A stretch of DNA of 63,985 nt, counting the filler, from Octopus bimaculoides (taxonomy: Eukaryota), in assembly GCF_001194135.2 (NCBI RefSeq). It is 6 parts of 6 records of this genome, joined end to end, with 100 filler letters (N's around TTAATTAATTAA, not from the genome) between each part and the next. Parts side by side here need not be neighbours in the genome. Positions count along the whole stretch, not along the records: positions 35,688 to 53,956 come from NC_068988.1; positions 54,057 to 62,514 come from NC_068995.1; positions 62,615 to 63,985 come from NW_026324021.1; 3 more parts are not named here. One strand, given 5' to 3'. Numbering within the stretch: position 1 is the first letter of the stretch; each line of letters begins with the position of its first letter. The notes beneath the pieces are model-generated. The model ran no database searches. It was not told the DNA's origin and saw only the letters and a list, made by a program, of their open reading frames with translations. This document shows positions 50,948 to 63,985 of the stretch, piece after piece. The position numbers and the translations under genes were made by a program.

Positions 50948-51269
50948 AAATCAAGAGGCATAAATATGCATGAAGGAATGTGTGTATATCAATATCTTCG
51001 GTGAAATGTATGTGTAGATACGTTTGGTTTTATATAAACGTGGGCGTCGTTCTTCTAGTTGAGGAGCCTATAATTAAGGATCATAAATATTGATTGAAAA
51101 TATCAAGGCTATAATATATTCGTCACCTACACACAGGTGTTTCTTACATTGCCAAATGCATGTACTTCTACACACGATTCCATATTCAGAAAGGTATAAA
51201 ATACTATAGAAATTTAACTTCTTTGGTATATATGCAACGCTAAGTATGGATATATGTCACACACAGAGT

Positions 51270-51365
51270 AATATACTGATGTATATATATGTATTTATGA
51301 TTATGTGAATACACGTTTATGTATGCATCTATGTATATATAGATATATATATATATATATATATA

Positions 51366-51405
<40 letters not shown>

Positions 51406-51468
51406 AGTGTGCGGGTGAATATATATATACATATATATGCATACCTGTATATATATATATGTGTGTGA

Positions 51469-51507
<39 letters not shown>

Positions 51508-51860
51508 CACAAAAAACACATACAATAATATATCTACATTCATGTATATATGTATATATATGTAACTATATATATATACACACATATGTATGTATATATA
51601 TATATATATGTATGTATCTTTCTGTTTCTCTATCTATCTATCTATCTATCTGTCTATCTATCTATCTATCAATCTGTCTATATATAAACATATCTATATA
51701 TACATACATGTGTATATATATGTGTGTGTGTGCACGTACATATGTATATGTGTGTATATATATGTGAATATATATGTATATCTTCGTGAGTGTGTGTGTT
51801 TTGTGTGTGTGCCTCTTTGTATGTGTGTGTGTATGTGTGCATACATATGAAAAAAAATTG
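51270..51860. repeat. (TA)n, (TG)n and (CTAT)n mosaic; similar blocks at 52210-52520, 52680-52990 and 53550-53730
   Basis: Directly visible. Confidence 0.9.
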
Positions 51861-53688
51861 AGAAAGAAAAAGAGGTAGAAATGAATACAAAGAAATACAT
51901 AGACATTACGTTACGCTTATCTGTAGGAAGTGTCAAAATGCTTTTTATATCCACTAAAATAAAAAGATAAGATGTTGACATAGAATATATAAAAAAAAGA
52001 GGAATGTAAAGACAGAATACATCCCCCCCAAAAATATCGAGATTGCCCTACAATCCTAGTTTTAACCATACCTGTCAATAAAATATACTGGATCAGAAAG
52101 ATAAATGAGCATTCTTCTAAGAAGCAGGGATGATACCTAAAATGTGGAGCTTATACTGAAGCTAATAATCAGAGATATGCCATTAGATGCATACATGGTA
52201 AACCGCACATGGTAGAGATACTGATATATGTATACAGATACACACTCATATCGCATACATACTAATTACATATACATATATACATAGATACCTACATAGA
52301 TACATAATATGTACATTCATACACACACACACACACACATATATAATATATATATATATATATTATATGTGTGTGTGTATAGATTTCAGTGTAATCTTAA
52401 ATGTAAGTATTTATGTTATATATATATATATATATATACAGAATACGTATATGTACGTGTGTGTATGCACATATGTGTATGTGTATTATTGTGTACATGT
52501 GTATAATTTTGGGAATAGTATATCTCGAAGCACACACGTAAAGTTATAAATAACCGTCTGCAAATATTGGGCTGAGAAACCTCTTTGGATAGAAAGAGTC
52601 TAAACAGACTTTGACTATTTCAAAAATGAATGATTTCCCGTTATCACAGAAGTTTATGAATTCTTGTGACATCAATAATACACACACATACACACACACA
52701 CACACACACACATGCACACACGCAGACACGCACACACACATATCAGGCACACATATATGAATGTATATATACGCTACACATATGCACATGTGTATATATA
52801 CCGTTGTGCTATTGAATATTTTGTAGCTGTATACATATATATGGATGTGGGCATGTGAATATCAATCTATCTCTCAATCTCAAAATACCTATTCACACAC
52901 ACACAGATATGCTCACACACACACACATCCACACGTACACACGTGCACATGCACGCCCACAGACGCCTACACATACGCAAACTCGAGCACATTTATTCAC
53001 GTCAGGCCAATGCGTTTTCATACATGCATGCGTTTTAGTGGAAATAGGGAAACGAGTCAAAGATGGATAAAGAGAAAAAAAAGTGAGATGAGAAGAAGGG
53101 GAAAGGAATATAGAATTAGGCATTAGCATAGTTGTGGGAGTAGAAAAGCGAACGCCAATACCATTTCATGCACATATTGTGTGTGTGCGCGTGTGTGTGC
53201 GCGCGTGTGTGTGCATATATTTGCGTGCGTGTGTGTGGGGGTGTATGAAAATTGATTGCATTGTTACATGGAAAGTGAAAATATGTTCAGTCAATTTTCA
53301 TCATTCTACTTCTACGAATATGTATGTAAAAGTAGTGTTATCAGGTGCGTACTCCCCCCCCTCTTATCATACACGCTGAAATTGACGTGCACTTTCCAAC
53401 ACACATGCATGTACACACATGCACGCGCACACATGTATATATGTATGTATGTATGTCTCTCCCTATGTTTAACAGTTTCTGAGTCCTTTTCTATTTCATT
53501 CCGTTTTTTCTCTCTCTCATCTTATCAGTATATCTATCAACATGTATTTATGTATGTATGTTTGTATGTATGTATGTACGTATGTATGTATGTATGTAGG
53601 TATGTACGTATGTACGTATGTATGTATGTATCTATCTGTCTATCGATCGAACTTATATATATATGTATATATATGCATATGTGTGTGT

Positions 53689-53689
<1 letters not shown>

Positions 53690-53733
<44 letters not shown>

Positions 53734-53950
53734 TTTGTGTGTCTGTGTTTGTCCCCCCAATATCGCGGTGGCAACCGATGCTGGCGTGTTTACGTCCCCG
53801 TAACTTAACGGTTCGGCAAAAAGAAACCGAAAGAATAAGTACTAGGCTTACAAAGAATAAGTCCCGGGGTCGATTTTCTCGACTAAAGGCGGTGCTCCAG
53901 CATGGACGCAGTCAAATGACTGAAACAAGTAAAAGAGTAAAAGAGTAATG
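53690..53950 (+). mobile_element. SINE family C 3' half
   Basis: (GT)n, then ctgtgtttgtcccccc...gcggtgctccagcatgg..cagtcaaatgactgaaacaagtaaaagag. Confidence 0.9.
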
Positions 53951-56900
53951 AGTATANNNNNNNNNNNNNNNNNNNNNNNNNNNNNNNNNNNNNNNNNNNN
54001 TTAATTAATTAANNNNNNNNNNNNNNNNNNNNNNNNNNNNNNNNNNNNNNNNNNNNGTATATATACATAAATATAATTGTTATTCAATATATATACTCTT
54101 ATATAATATTTATATATATATGTATAAATATTTACAATTCTAATACGTTTGTTTTCTTGATTGTAATTGAGGCATCAATTTTACATGAGAATGACGATTC
54201 ATATTTAAGACGCAAGGATAAGGTAAACATTTTCACTATGAGATATAATGAAAAAGTCTCTTGTTGGTTTTTAGTATCTGCTTTCCCCTATATATTCACA
54301 ATTTAATTATGTTGAGAGCAGCTTGACTCAAATAACACACTGAATATAGTAGAAATAACGTTTATAAAGAATCTTAAACATTAGTAATATGAGAATTCAT
54401 TTATCAGAACATAAAATGATTATTTTCCTATGCGTATTTATTGTGCTGTGTACTGGTTTGCAGATGTTTCAGTTTTAATGAAGGCTTGGTTGATAAGTAA
54501 ACTTCATTGACCTATATAGATATAAATTACGCTTTGTTTTTCGTTCTTTTTGAGTGGATTAATATTAGCACAAGCTAAGCGTATCCATGTTCCTGTTCGG
54601 TAGGCTTCTCTTAATTAGTTAAAGAGCGAAAATTGATTAGTAATTGAAGCTGAAGTAATCAGTGTTTAAATGATATTATTACTGAAATTAATCTACTGTA
54701 AAAGATTTATGTATAATTTGATTAATAACATTTTCAACATGTGATTAGTATCTTGTTCCCACTAAGGCTTGTAAATTGTCCATTGTAACTAAACCTCTAA
54801 ATATTGTTTCAAATTCCGCCATGTTCGTTTATACTTATATTTATTTCAATTCAATTAACAAAAGGCAAAACAATACAAATATCAATACACTACTGCGTTC
54901 GAATCACTGGAGTCCTCTGATTAGATAAAAAGATGTCGAAACTAAAGAAGCACCAATCGTCCAATGTTTAGCATATTACATAGGTTAAAAATTTAGCTCT
55001 CTTGTGTGTAACATTCAGTAATATAGACAACTGTATTCGACATACCCTTTGTTATGAACACCACATAATTAAATAGCAAATTCTGCTCTCCTGGAATTTG
55101 AATCCCGAGCAAATGTTCGTAAAATTAGTGCGAAACGTTTGCTTTATGTTTGAAAGAGCCTAACATTTTATCTCATTTTAACTCATCCTCATCGTAAATG
55201 CACATACTTCTACGTTCTCTGTAAGTTATATTACATGATCTTGTAGAAATAAATTTAACTATCTCCAGGAAAGCCAGTTTTCATATCTAAGCTGGTACAA
55301 ATTTCAGACCGTTAAACACGAGACGTTCCTTTATGAATGAATAGTTTCAAGTTATCAGTAAAATAATAAACCTATGATGAAGGGGATTCAAACCATAGCA
55401 AACATGTTTTCTATTCAAATATTTTAAAATATATTCACAATATATTTCTTTATAATTCTTTAACACGGATGATTTCTTTCCTAACGACAACAGTGTGAGA
55501 TTGAAAGAAAATGCGTTATATCAAATAGCCGCATTAATGTGCTCTAGTAGGCTTCTGTGATACAGACAGTATTAATGTGCTATATATGAATGACATCAAC
55601 ACATCTGTAATATACCTCTACCTTAGATCTGTGAGCAATTTCTATTTTAGCGTATGCATTTATTCTTTTCTTTGTAATTTTCTTTGTAATTTGAATTAGT
55701 CGGTCTTTAATTAGAATCAAATGTCCAGGAGAGGCAGAACATTTTAGGGGTGGGGGGAACAGTATAACCCGATGCCTGCTATTCTGTGCTCTTTCCATAC
55801 CAGGTGCAATGTCATGTGAATGTTAAACATCCATCTTTCGACATAATACCATTGTCGTCTCAGATAGAATCCAAGAGGAGTCGGACATTGAGAATGATGA
55901 GAAAATCAGGGCGAATAGTAAATCAATGGAAACAATCTAATTCCTCATGGAAACTATGAAAAATTAACGGAAACAATCTAGTTTTTCATGGAAGTTGTGT
56001 CAAATTCGAGTCCATGTCTATCAAAATATTTGCATTAGTATAGTTGTATATAATCTGAATTTGATGTAACTTAGTTCATGTGGACAAATTATTCCTCTGT
56101 CACAAACATATCACATTTTGTAGAGTAAATTTCAATGCAACTAATTTTGTTCTATATCCTCCAATTTTAGTGCTGAAGTATACGCACCGAATTATCTTGC
56201 TAGGAATATTCTGAACCTCTTTAAGACATATGTACTTTGTTTTTGTTTAAAGTGTGAAGTACCAGTGAAATATTCAAAGTTTTAGTAACGTAATATTCTA
56301 AAGATACAAAATGTCTACCAAGAGGAAAATATTCATCAATTCTTCATCGCGAGTCTTCACGTAGTTAAAGTATATTTTCGTATGTCCTTGGCAGGAAAAC
56401 AATGTTAAGTTTTACCGGAAAAATCCTAGTATAAATATCACATAGTGGGAAAAAGTAATTAAACTTAAAAGGTTATTTCCTCCTTTAAGTCGTGTAATTA
56501 ATTTCAACAAAGTAAAAGAACAACAGAAGTATGACTCTATTGAAGAGGTATAAATAAGTATGAACTTGTAAAAACTACCACCAATCACGTACAGGTCATT
56601 GATATGTGCCATTAGTTTGATGGGAAAATGTGTCTGCATAGTTGAATAATCACAGGTCAATGTGTCACGTTTGATTTATTGTTTCTCGTACTTCTCAACT
56701 AAACATGGTCCTCTTCATCAAATATACCATTTCCGTCCTACTTACGAAACTAAAAATAAACATTGCTTTACCCTAAATCACTAATAGATGTTGAAGGCCA
56801 GACATACATTTACCCTTGTATTTAATTTGATTGATTTGTACTCTGAACTTTTAGGCCAACGGCGACATCATATAGGTGTAGGTAAAGTGTGTATTTAAAG

Positions 56901-57780
56901 TTTCAAGCCCGTTAATTAGTCGGTCATTCTTATATAGTCTCTTCATTTCTATACTAAAATGAATTTCTGTTTTTTTTTCAGTTTACAGTCGATTAAACTC
57001 CGTAATATTGAAATCGGAAAGAAAAATACATATATATAAACATGCACGTGCGCACACACAGGCATATATATAACTTTTGTCTGTCCATAGTACTTACTCA
57101 GTATTACCTAACACCTTTGGGTCTTCTTGACACCATTACCTCTCATAAACTATATATATATATATATATATATATGTATACAGGCATATAGCTGTATATG
57201 GAATTTCCATGTTTAGGTCCCCTTTGGTCACCAGTCAAGTAGCATGAAGTCTACAAAGGAATCCAACGCAAACAGATACTAAATGTCATTTGACCTAAAT
57301 CGAAATAATAGTAATTTTTTAAATTTTACTAAGTTTATTTTATAAAAGTGACCCCACGTGAAGAAGAGGCTGTATTTACATAATGGTTTGGTATTGCATA
57401 ACTGCACGAACATGTAGGTCACGATTCATGGGTCGTTACTATCATATGATATTCTTTCATGTATCTTGCAAATATATTCTAATTTGGGTTACGTTTCCTA
57501 AATATGCTTCCTATACTCATACACATCAATGATGACCTTGTGTGTAAATGTCATATTTTCCTACTACGTTAGATATAAAACTGACCTTAGAGTGATAGTA
57601 ATATATAATATGAAACAACGTTTAAGTTTTGATTTAGGATTAAGGAAATTTCTATTTCTATATGCTAATTAGTACAATTTTAGTGGTGCCTAGATTCTGT
57701 ATCGAATATGTGTATACTGGTAGTTAGACATTAATTTCTTCAACTCATAATCAACAGCAAACCACCTTTCGTGCACTTAC

Positions 57781-57872
57781 TCCCATACAATTTCCATGCG
57801 ATCTTGGGAAACACTCTCCGATTTGTAGGGTTGCAAGCTCACTTTCAAACGCACACGACGAATATCTTCGGT
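57781..57872 (-). CDS. Candidate coding exon 3 (92 nt), TEDIRRVRLKVSLQPYKSESVSQDRMEIVW, product unknown
   Basis: Acceptor ttttaagtttttgtcag, donor GGA|gtaagtg, CpG-rich relative to flanks, open frame. Confidence 0.5.
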
Positions 57873-59129
57873 CTGACAAAAACTTAAAAGCATGCGTACA
57901 CAAGGCGTCGCATTTGTTTATCGATAGCTGTATATATATATATATGTATATATANNNNNNNNNNNNNNNNNNNNNNNNNNNNNNNNNNNNNNNNNNNNNN
58001 NNNNNNNNNNNNNNNNNNNNNNNNNNNNNNNNNNNNNNNNNNNNNNNNNNNNNNNNNNNNNNNNNNNNNNNNNNNNNNNNNNNNNNNNNNNNNNNNNNNN
58101 NNNNNNNNNNNNNNNNNNNNNNNNNNNNNNNNNNNNNNNNNNNNNNNNNNNNNNNNNNNNNNNNNNNNNNNNNNNNNNNNNNNNNNNNNNNNNNNNNNNN
58201 NNNNNNNNNNNNNNNNNNNNNNNNNNNNNNNNNNNNNNNNNNNNNNNNNNNNNNNNNNNNNNNNNNNNNNNNNNNNNNNNNNNNNNNNNNNNNNNNNNNN
58301 NNNNNNNNNNNNNNNNNNNNNNNNNNNNNNNNNNNNNNNNNNNNNNNNNNNNNNNNNNNNNNNNNNNNNNNNNNNNNNNNNNNNNNNNNNNNNNNNNNNN
58401 NNNNNNNNNNNNNNNNNNNNNNNNNNNNNNNNNNNNNNNNNNNNNNNNNNNNNNNNNNNNNNNNNNNNNNNNNNNNNNNNNNNNNNNNNNNNNNNNNNNN
58501 NNNNNNNNNNNNNNNNNNNNNNNNNNNNNNNNNNNNNNNNNNNNNNNNNNNNNNNNNNNNNNNNNNNNNNNNNNNNNNNNNNNNNNNNNNNNNNNNNNNN
58601 NNNNNNNNNNNNNNNNNNNNNNNNNNNNNNNNNNNNNNNNNNNNNNNNNNNNNNNNNNNNNNNNNNNNNNNNNNNNNNNNNNNNNNNNNNNNNNNNNNNN
58701 NNNNNNNNNNNNNNNNNNNNNNNNNNNNNNNNNNNNNNNNNNNNNNNNNNNNNNNNNNNNNNNNNNNNNNNNNNNNNNNNNNNNNNNNNNNNNNNNNNNN
58801 NNNNNNNNNNNNNNNNNNNNNNNNNNNNNNNNNNNNNNNNNNNNNNNNNNNNNNNNNNNNNNNNNNNNNNNNNNNNNNNNNNNNNNNNNNNNNNNNNNNN
58901 NNNNNNNNNNNNNNNNNNNNNNNNNNNNNNNNNNNNNNNNNNNNNNNNNNNTATATAGGTAGGTAAATGATCTTGATGTGATATGTTATCAATTTCAAGT
59001 GATTAACTTTTTGGCTGTGTATCAAACCATATCATTTACTTTATTGTCATCGACACTGCATTTAAGTAAAATGTTTCCATGCTTCACTTCCTAATGCGAT
59101 GCTTGTTTACTGTTATCAGAAATACTTAC

Positions 59130-59155
59130 AATGGATTTCGTCGGAATTTGGTGCT
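59130..59155 (-). CDS. Candidate coding exon 2 (26 nt), (E)HQIPTKSI
   Basis: Acceptor ttatttctcccag, donor ATT|gtaagta; joins in frame to both neighbours. Confidence 0.4.
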
Positions 59156-59385
59156 CTGGGAGAAATAATGTTTTGTACTCACTACATTTAATTTACAAAT
59201 ATACAAAAAGAATAAAAAAAAAAGAAGCCGAAACTTTTTAAGTGTTTTATATACGTGTAAAAAATACAATTGAAGGTATGTTGAAGTCAATAGACCGCCG
59301 GGTAAACAAGTGAAAAGACGCCGGTTCATATCAACTAACCAGCTTTTCAAATATTTATTCACGGACAGACGTTAAGCTCACTTAC

Positions 59386-59392
59386 CGTACAT
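59386..59392 (-). CDS. Candidate start codon at the end of a first exon (ATG TAC G)
   Basis: Donor ACG|gtaagtg, in-frame upstream TGA, CpG-rich flanks 59290-59520. Confidence 0.35.
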
Positions 59393-60430
59393 AACTAATT
59401 TTCAATATGTACATTTAAGTTGGCGGTGGTTTTACTGCAAGTTTTAAACAGCGGTATTATTATTTAAACAATATATCATTAGGTATCTCTTTCTCGGTGC
59501 TTCCGATATCCGTGTAGCAAAAAAAAAATAATAATATGTTCTTACAAATTGCTTCATCCCTTTATATAACTTTGTAGTGCGTTTTATAACTACAAGCGAA
59601 CAAAAGAAAAACGTTAGAACAAAAATAGTTTCGTTCAACTTTTGTCATAACTCATAAACGACAACGATTGTGTGACCTTTTGACATAAAATATATAATAA
59701 GTATAATGATTATATGGTAAAACGTGCAACAAATATGATAAATAGAAACCATAAGAAAACTTTGTTTTTCTTTCAACAGCAGTTGCATTCAAAAAGATAT
59801 TATTTTATTACGTAATTCTGTTTCATTTTTTTCCTCTTTTGCTACTTACATGAACTAAAATTAAAATATCCATGAAATTTTTTCTTGTACATTAAATGAA
59901 TCATCAGCTTCGTGTAAGAGGGTTTAAATTTATAAATATCAGGGGGAAATGGTTTTGAGTGTCTTATCTAATAACGAATAAGTAAAAATAAATTTATAAA
60001 TTTATTGCATTAAGTTATAACTTTTTTCAATACTTGTACGGGTAGTTGGTAAAAAAAAAATGACAAAGTATATGGAAGCCACATGAATGTTCCTTCTTCC
60101 CGAAATAGTGGCATATTAACAGAATGTCTTTCATTTCCCTTTCACTTCACATTAGATAGATAACTATTGGTAGACTTATATTGTGATTAAACTGCAATAA
60201 ATAAATGTGTTTAAAAGTAATAATAAATCACAGTATCATCCATGAAAATTCTTCAGAAGTCACTTAAGTGACATTATATGTAGTTTTCAAATTTACGATG
60301 CCAAATCAATCAGGGAGCATTTATATGTTTACTGAAAGTGCAAAATATAGCAGATACTTCTCCTTTAAATTACAGATTTTCGTTGAGAGAGAAAGGATAT
60401 GCTGGTTAATACTGTCTTACTTGGTCAGCC

Positions 60431-60836
60431 GTGGAGACGCAATGGCCCAGTGGTTAGGGCAGCGGACTCGTGGTCGTAGGATCGCGGTCATAGGATCGCG
60501 GTTTCAATTCTCAGACCGTGCGTTGTGAGTGTTTATTGAGCGAAAATACCTAAAGCTCCACGAGGCTCCGGCAGGGGATGGTGGCGAACACTGCTGTACT
60601 CTTTCACCACAATTTTCTCTCACTCTTTCTTCCTGTTTCTGTTGTACCTGTATTTCAATGGGCCAGCCTTGTCACACTGTGTCACACTGAATATCTTCGA
60701 GAACTACGTTAAGGGTACACGTGTCTGTGGAGTGCTCAGTCACTTCCACGTTAATTTCACGGGCAGGCTGTTCCGTTGATCGGATCAACTGGAACCCTCG
60801 ACATCGTAAGCGACGGAGTACCAACAACAACAACAA
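60431..60836 (+). mobile_element. SINE family B, full length, with a small duplication in the head
   Basis: A-box tggcccagtgg, B-box ggtttcaattc, (CAA)n tail, decayed TSD acttggtcagcc/acttgattagcc. Confidence 0.93.
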
Positions 60837-62614
60837 CTTGATTAGCCAAAGGCATCAAGCATATATTGAATAGACATCAACTACATATTGGATATATTTT
60901 CGTTGAAAATAAGATCATAACTGAAATGCATTTGATGCCAACTCTGTCCTGTTAGATTTGACAGAGGAGCACAAAGCAACGCTAATCATGGATAATTTAA
61001 CAAGTTATTAACAAATGCATTACGAAACACACATATGTTACCTTACATAAATCACAGCAAAGCAGTTATTTACAAGCAATATATCAAGCTATTGCCGATA
61101 TTTGAGAGTCAACCTTAGCTAAATGACATTGTTTATATCTAACAACAGGAAATACTTCGGTGCTAGTATACATGCACATAATATTAAATATCATATTGTC
61201 GGCAGCTATGAGCAGGTGGCTTCCGGAATAAATCAGGTATACATATACAATATATAATATACTCAACTGAAGGAAGGCCTCACTATGCCACGCAATAATT
61301 AAAATAAATACAACATACATATACACAGATACACACACAGCGACACACAGACAGACAAATACACACACATACAGGGGTCATCCCTCTTATATACATATAC
61401 ATATATGTANNNNNNNNNNCAAAATCAAGAGATTTGGTGAATAAAATTTAAAGTTAAGCAACGAAAATTCAATAGGTTATAGCAGTACGTACGTTTCGTA
61501 CAAGCTCCATTTATTCATGTAGTGAGAACACTACAGAAGATACAATGAAAATGTACTCCTCAGCTGCATAAAGGAATTTCATTTTTGCAAAAAACAAGAG
61601 TAAGAGAAGAAAACACATCTCGACGATGCTACTGTTTCACAGACACGTGAATCAAACAAGAATTTAAAATCTAATTGGAGGGATAGTAGTAATTTCAAAT
61701 TTAGAGGAAGGCAGGTTAAGTAGTGGTGGACAGCAGGTTAGGGGTAAATCAAGCATGAGGAAAAAAAAAAAGGAAATGGAAGGGCAATACCCTAAGGAGT
61801 GGTAAGAATTTGGAAAAAATTTAAGGTAAAGGAATTAAGGTCAAGGTATTAAAGAAATATATCTATTCTACAGTATAAATAGAATAATTCAATGAAGCAC
61901 TGAACTACTAAGTTCAAAACTATGGGGAACAATAATAATAGAACAAGATAAACATATCCAGTTAAAATAAGAAATAAATTAATGTGGTGTGGTATTATTT
62001 ATGGGTAAAACTATAATATTAATGGCCAAAATCCAAATAGAAAGAAGGGGGAGGGAGAAGGAAAAGGAAAAAAAAGGGAGAGGAATAGAGTTAGAAAAAC
62101 AGGACTAAATTAAGAGAAATAAAGCTAAGGTTTTCGAAAAAGACTCAGAATAACTTAGAGAAAATGTAGGACTACTATCAGTGGGTTGGGAAAGGTTAAA
62201 ATTTATTCTAAGTATATATTAAAAGTCATACCTCAAATAAATAGTTATTAGTCAGGGAAATGATAGAAACTAAATTAAAACATTTAGTAAGATTTACTTT
62301 TTAAAAATATTTACTTTTTAAAATATTTAAAGGTGCGGGAGTAACAATGCACATATAGAACCCTAAGGTCAGATCTATTGTTAATTAGATTAGGGTTATC
62401 CTTAAGTTTAAAAATTTCGTAAATTTCCATAGAGCACAATCCACAGCCATATCTATTATTTCTATAAGGTTGTGCTCTCCTGATGATTTCCCATTTAAGA
62501 TTAAAATCAATACTNNNNNNNNNNNNNNNNNNNNNNNNNNNNNNNNNNNNNNNNNNNNTTAATTAATTAANNNNNNNNNNNNNNNNNNNNNNNNNNNNNN
62601 NNNNNNNNNNNNNN

Positions 62615-62650
<36 letters not shown>

Positions 62651-62937
62651 CATTCCATACTGGCTACCTCAGTTCCCTACAACAAAGGTAAGGATTTTGT
62701 ACTCTTTGTAACTGGGAGCTTTTCCGTATTCTGTTCTCCAAGAATTGCCTAGTTAACCAGATAACACAGAGAGCATATCGATGTCAGCACTGGCGGAGAC
62801 ATACCTTCTTTTATTATCATTAATTTCATTCTTTTAACTAGTTTAAGGTTTTAGGTATTATCATCATCATCATTATTATTATTATTATTTAAAAAAATTT
62901 TTATTGTCTTTTTTTTTTTACCAAATGTCCTCTGAAT

Positions 62938-63552
62938 AATATCTTTTAATTTAATCTTAAATAATATCTATTTCTGGATCCATCGCCACTTGTCCTTTAT
63001 TCTCCGCTTCTGTAGTTGGTTAAGTAATTCCTTCCTAGTAATGCTACATTAGTTGTCTTCGTACCACTAGTAACTTTAACTAAATATACCTGATCTTCTC
63101 CTTGTAAGCATGTATATTGTTGTTATTATTTCTCAACAAAATATCTTGTACCTTGTTCTACCATTGATTTGCGTTAACATCCGTATATTAATATATTACA
63201 AGGCAATGATGTTTCATTTGTCATGTTTACATTCTTCGCTTCAAATCAGAATGTTATTAATTTTAATTTTAATATTTTTAATATAATCTTAAACAATATC
63301 TATTAATGCCTCCATCGCCACTTGCCCTTCATTTTCCTCTTCTATAGTTGGTTAAGTAAATTCATCCTAGTAATGCTACATTGGCTGTGCTTGTACCATT
63401 AGTAACTTTAACTAAATATTTCCGATCTTCTCCTTGTAAGCTTGTATATCATTATTATTATTATTATTATTATTCACAACTAAATATCCTGTACCTTGTT
63501 TTACCATTAATTTTCATTAATATCCGTATATTAATATAATATATTACAAAGC
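62938..63552. repeat. Diverged tandem duplication of about 270 bp (period about 335 bp)
   Basis: 62938-63202 and 63272-63552 share ccatcgccacttg, tagttggttaagtaa, ctagtaatgctacatt and gatcttctccttgtaagc in the same order. Confidence 0.85.
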
Positions 63553-63985
63553 TACGACGCTTGAAAAGTCAGAACCCATCAAGGAGCAATGTAAATGGCT
63601 CATGAATTTTTAATGATATGCCAAGAAGAAAAGAAATCAATCACAGAACATCTAAAGCATATGCTCAGCAAGTTGAAAAGAACAGATTAGCTCTTTTATG
63701 CATTCTTGATGTAATCACTTGCAAAAAGAGGAATTTCACTTAGAGGAAGCTGGTCGCATGAGAAGGAGGAGGAAGACAGTAATTTCAACATTAAGTGGAA
63801 AGCAAAAGATAATCCTCAATTTGCAACCTTTCTGGAAAATGCACCAAAGAATGCCACATATTTATCTCCTGTTATCCAGAATCAACTGATTGAATGTCTT
63901 GCAAAGGTTATCAGGAGGCAAATCATTAATGAAGTCATGAAGGCTGACTATTTCAGCATCATGGCTGATGAAATTTGTGCTGCAT
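63552..63985 (+). pseudogene. hAT-family (ZMYM1/DUF4371-like) transposase fragment, runs off window end
   Basis: AKRGISLRG...NFN...ENAPKNATYLSPVIQNQLIECLAKVIRRQIINEVMKADYFSIMADE; frameshift near 63719; not listed in the ORF track. Confidence 0.85.

Noticed and set aside
59546-59589. Additional minus exon IKRTTKLYKGMKQF with a strong acceptor
   Set aside because: Phase is incompatible with the 59386 and 59130 exons; it could only join 57872 directly, so it was left out of the model

Overview
Eukaryotic, AT-rich, repeat-saturated genomic DNA, most likely from an octopus (coleoid cephalopod). The species call is an inference from SINE families I recognise from memory plus extreme microsatellite density; it is not database-verified. 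The window has many N-gaps and five identical artificial 100-bp spacers (N44-TTAATTAATTAA-N44), so it is a mosaic of six joined pieces. No intact protein-coding gene is present, and almost all supplied ORFs are microsatellite, gap or SINE artefacts. The sequence supports: (i) several tRNA-headed SINE families, many in dimers or tandem arrays and some with 12-20 bp target-site duplications; (ii) decayed non-LTR retrotransposons (L1/Tx1-like 3' end, two R4/Dong-like RLE C-termini, a HERO-like RLE fragment, a CR1/L2-like RT); (iii) DNA transposon relics (three mariner relics, a nested Tc1/mariner MITE, a piggyBac-type MITE pair, a non-autonomous Helitron, a TIR element carrying telomeric repeats, a hAT/DUF4371 transposase); (iv) a tentative spliced minus-strand host gene start at 59.4-57.8 kb plus scattered candidate exons. 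The most notable observation is a tRNA-promoter SINE, present in two copies, that carries a complete minimal type-I hammerhead ribozyme of the Penelope-like-element (PLE) type. One copy shows a PLE-style 5' inversion.
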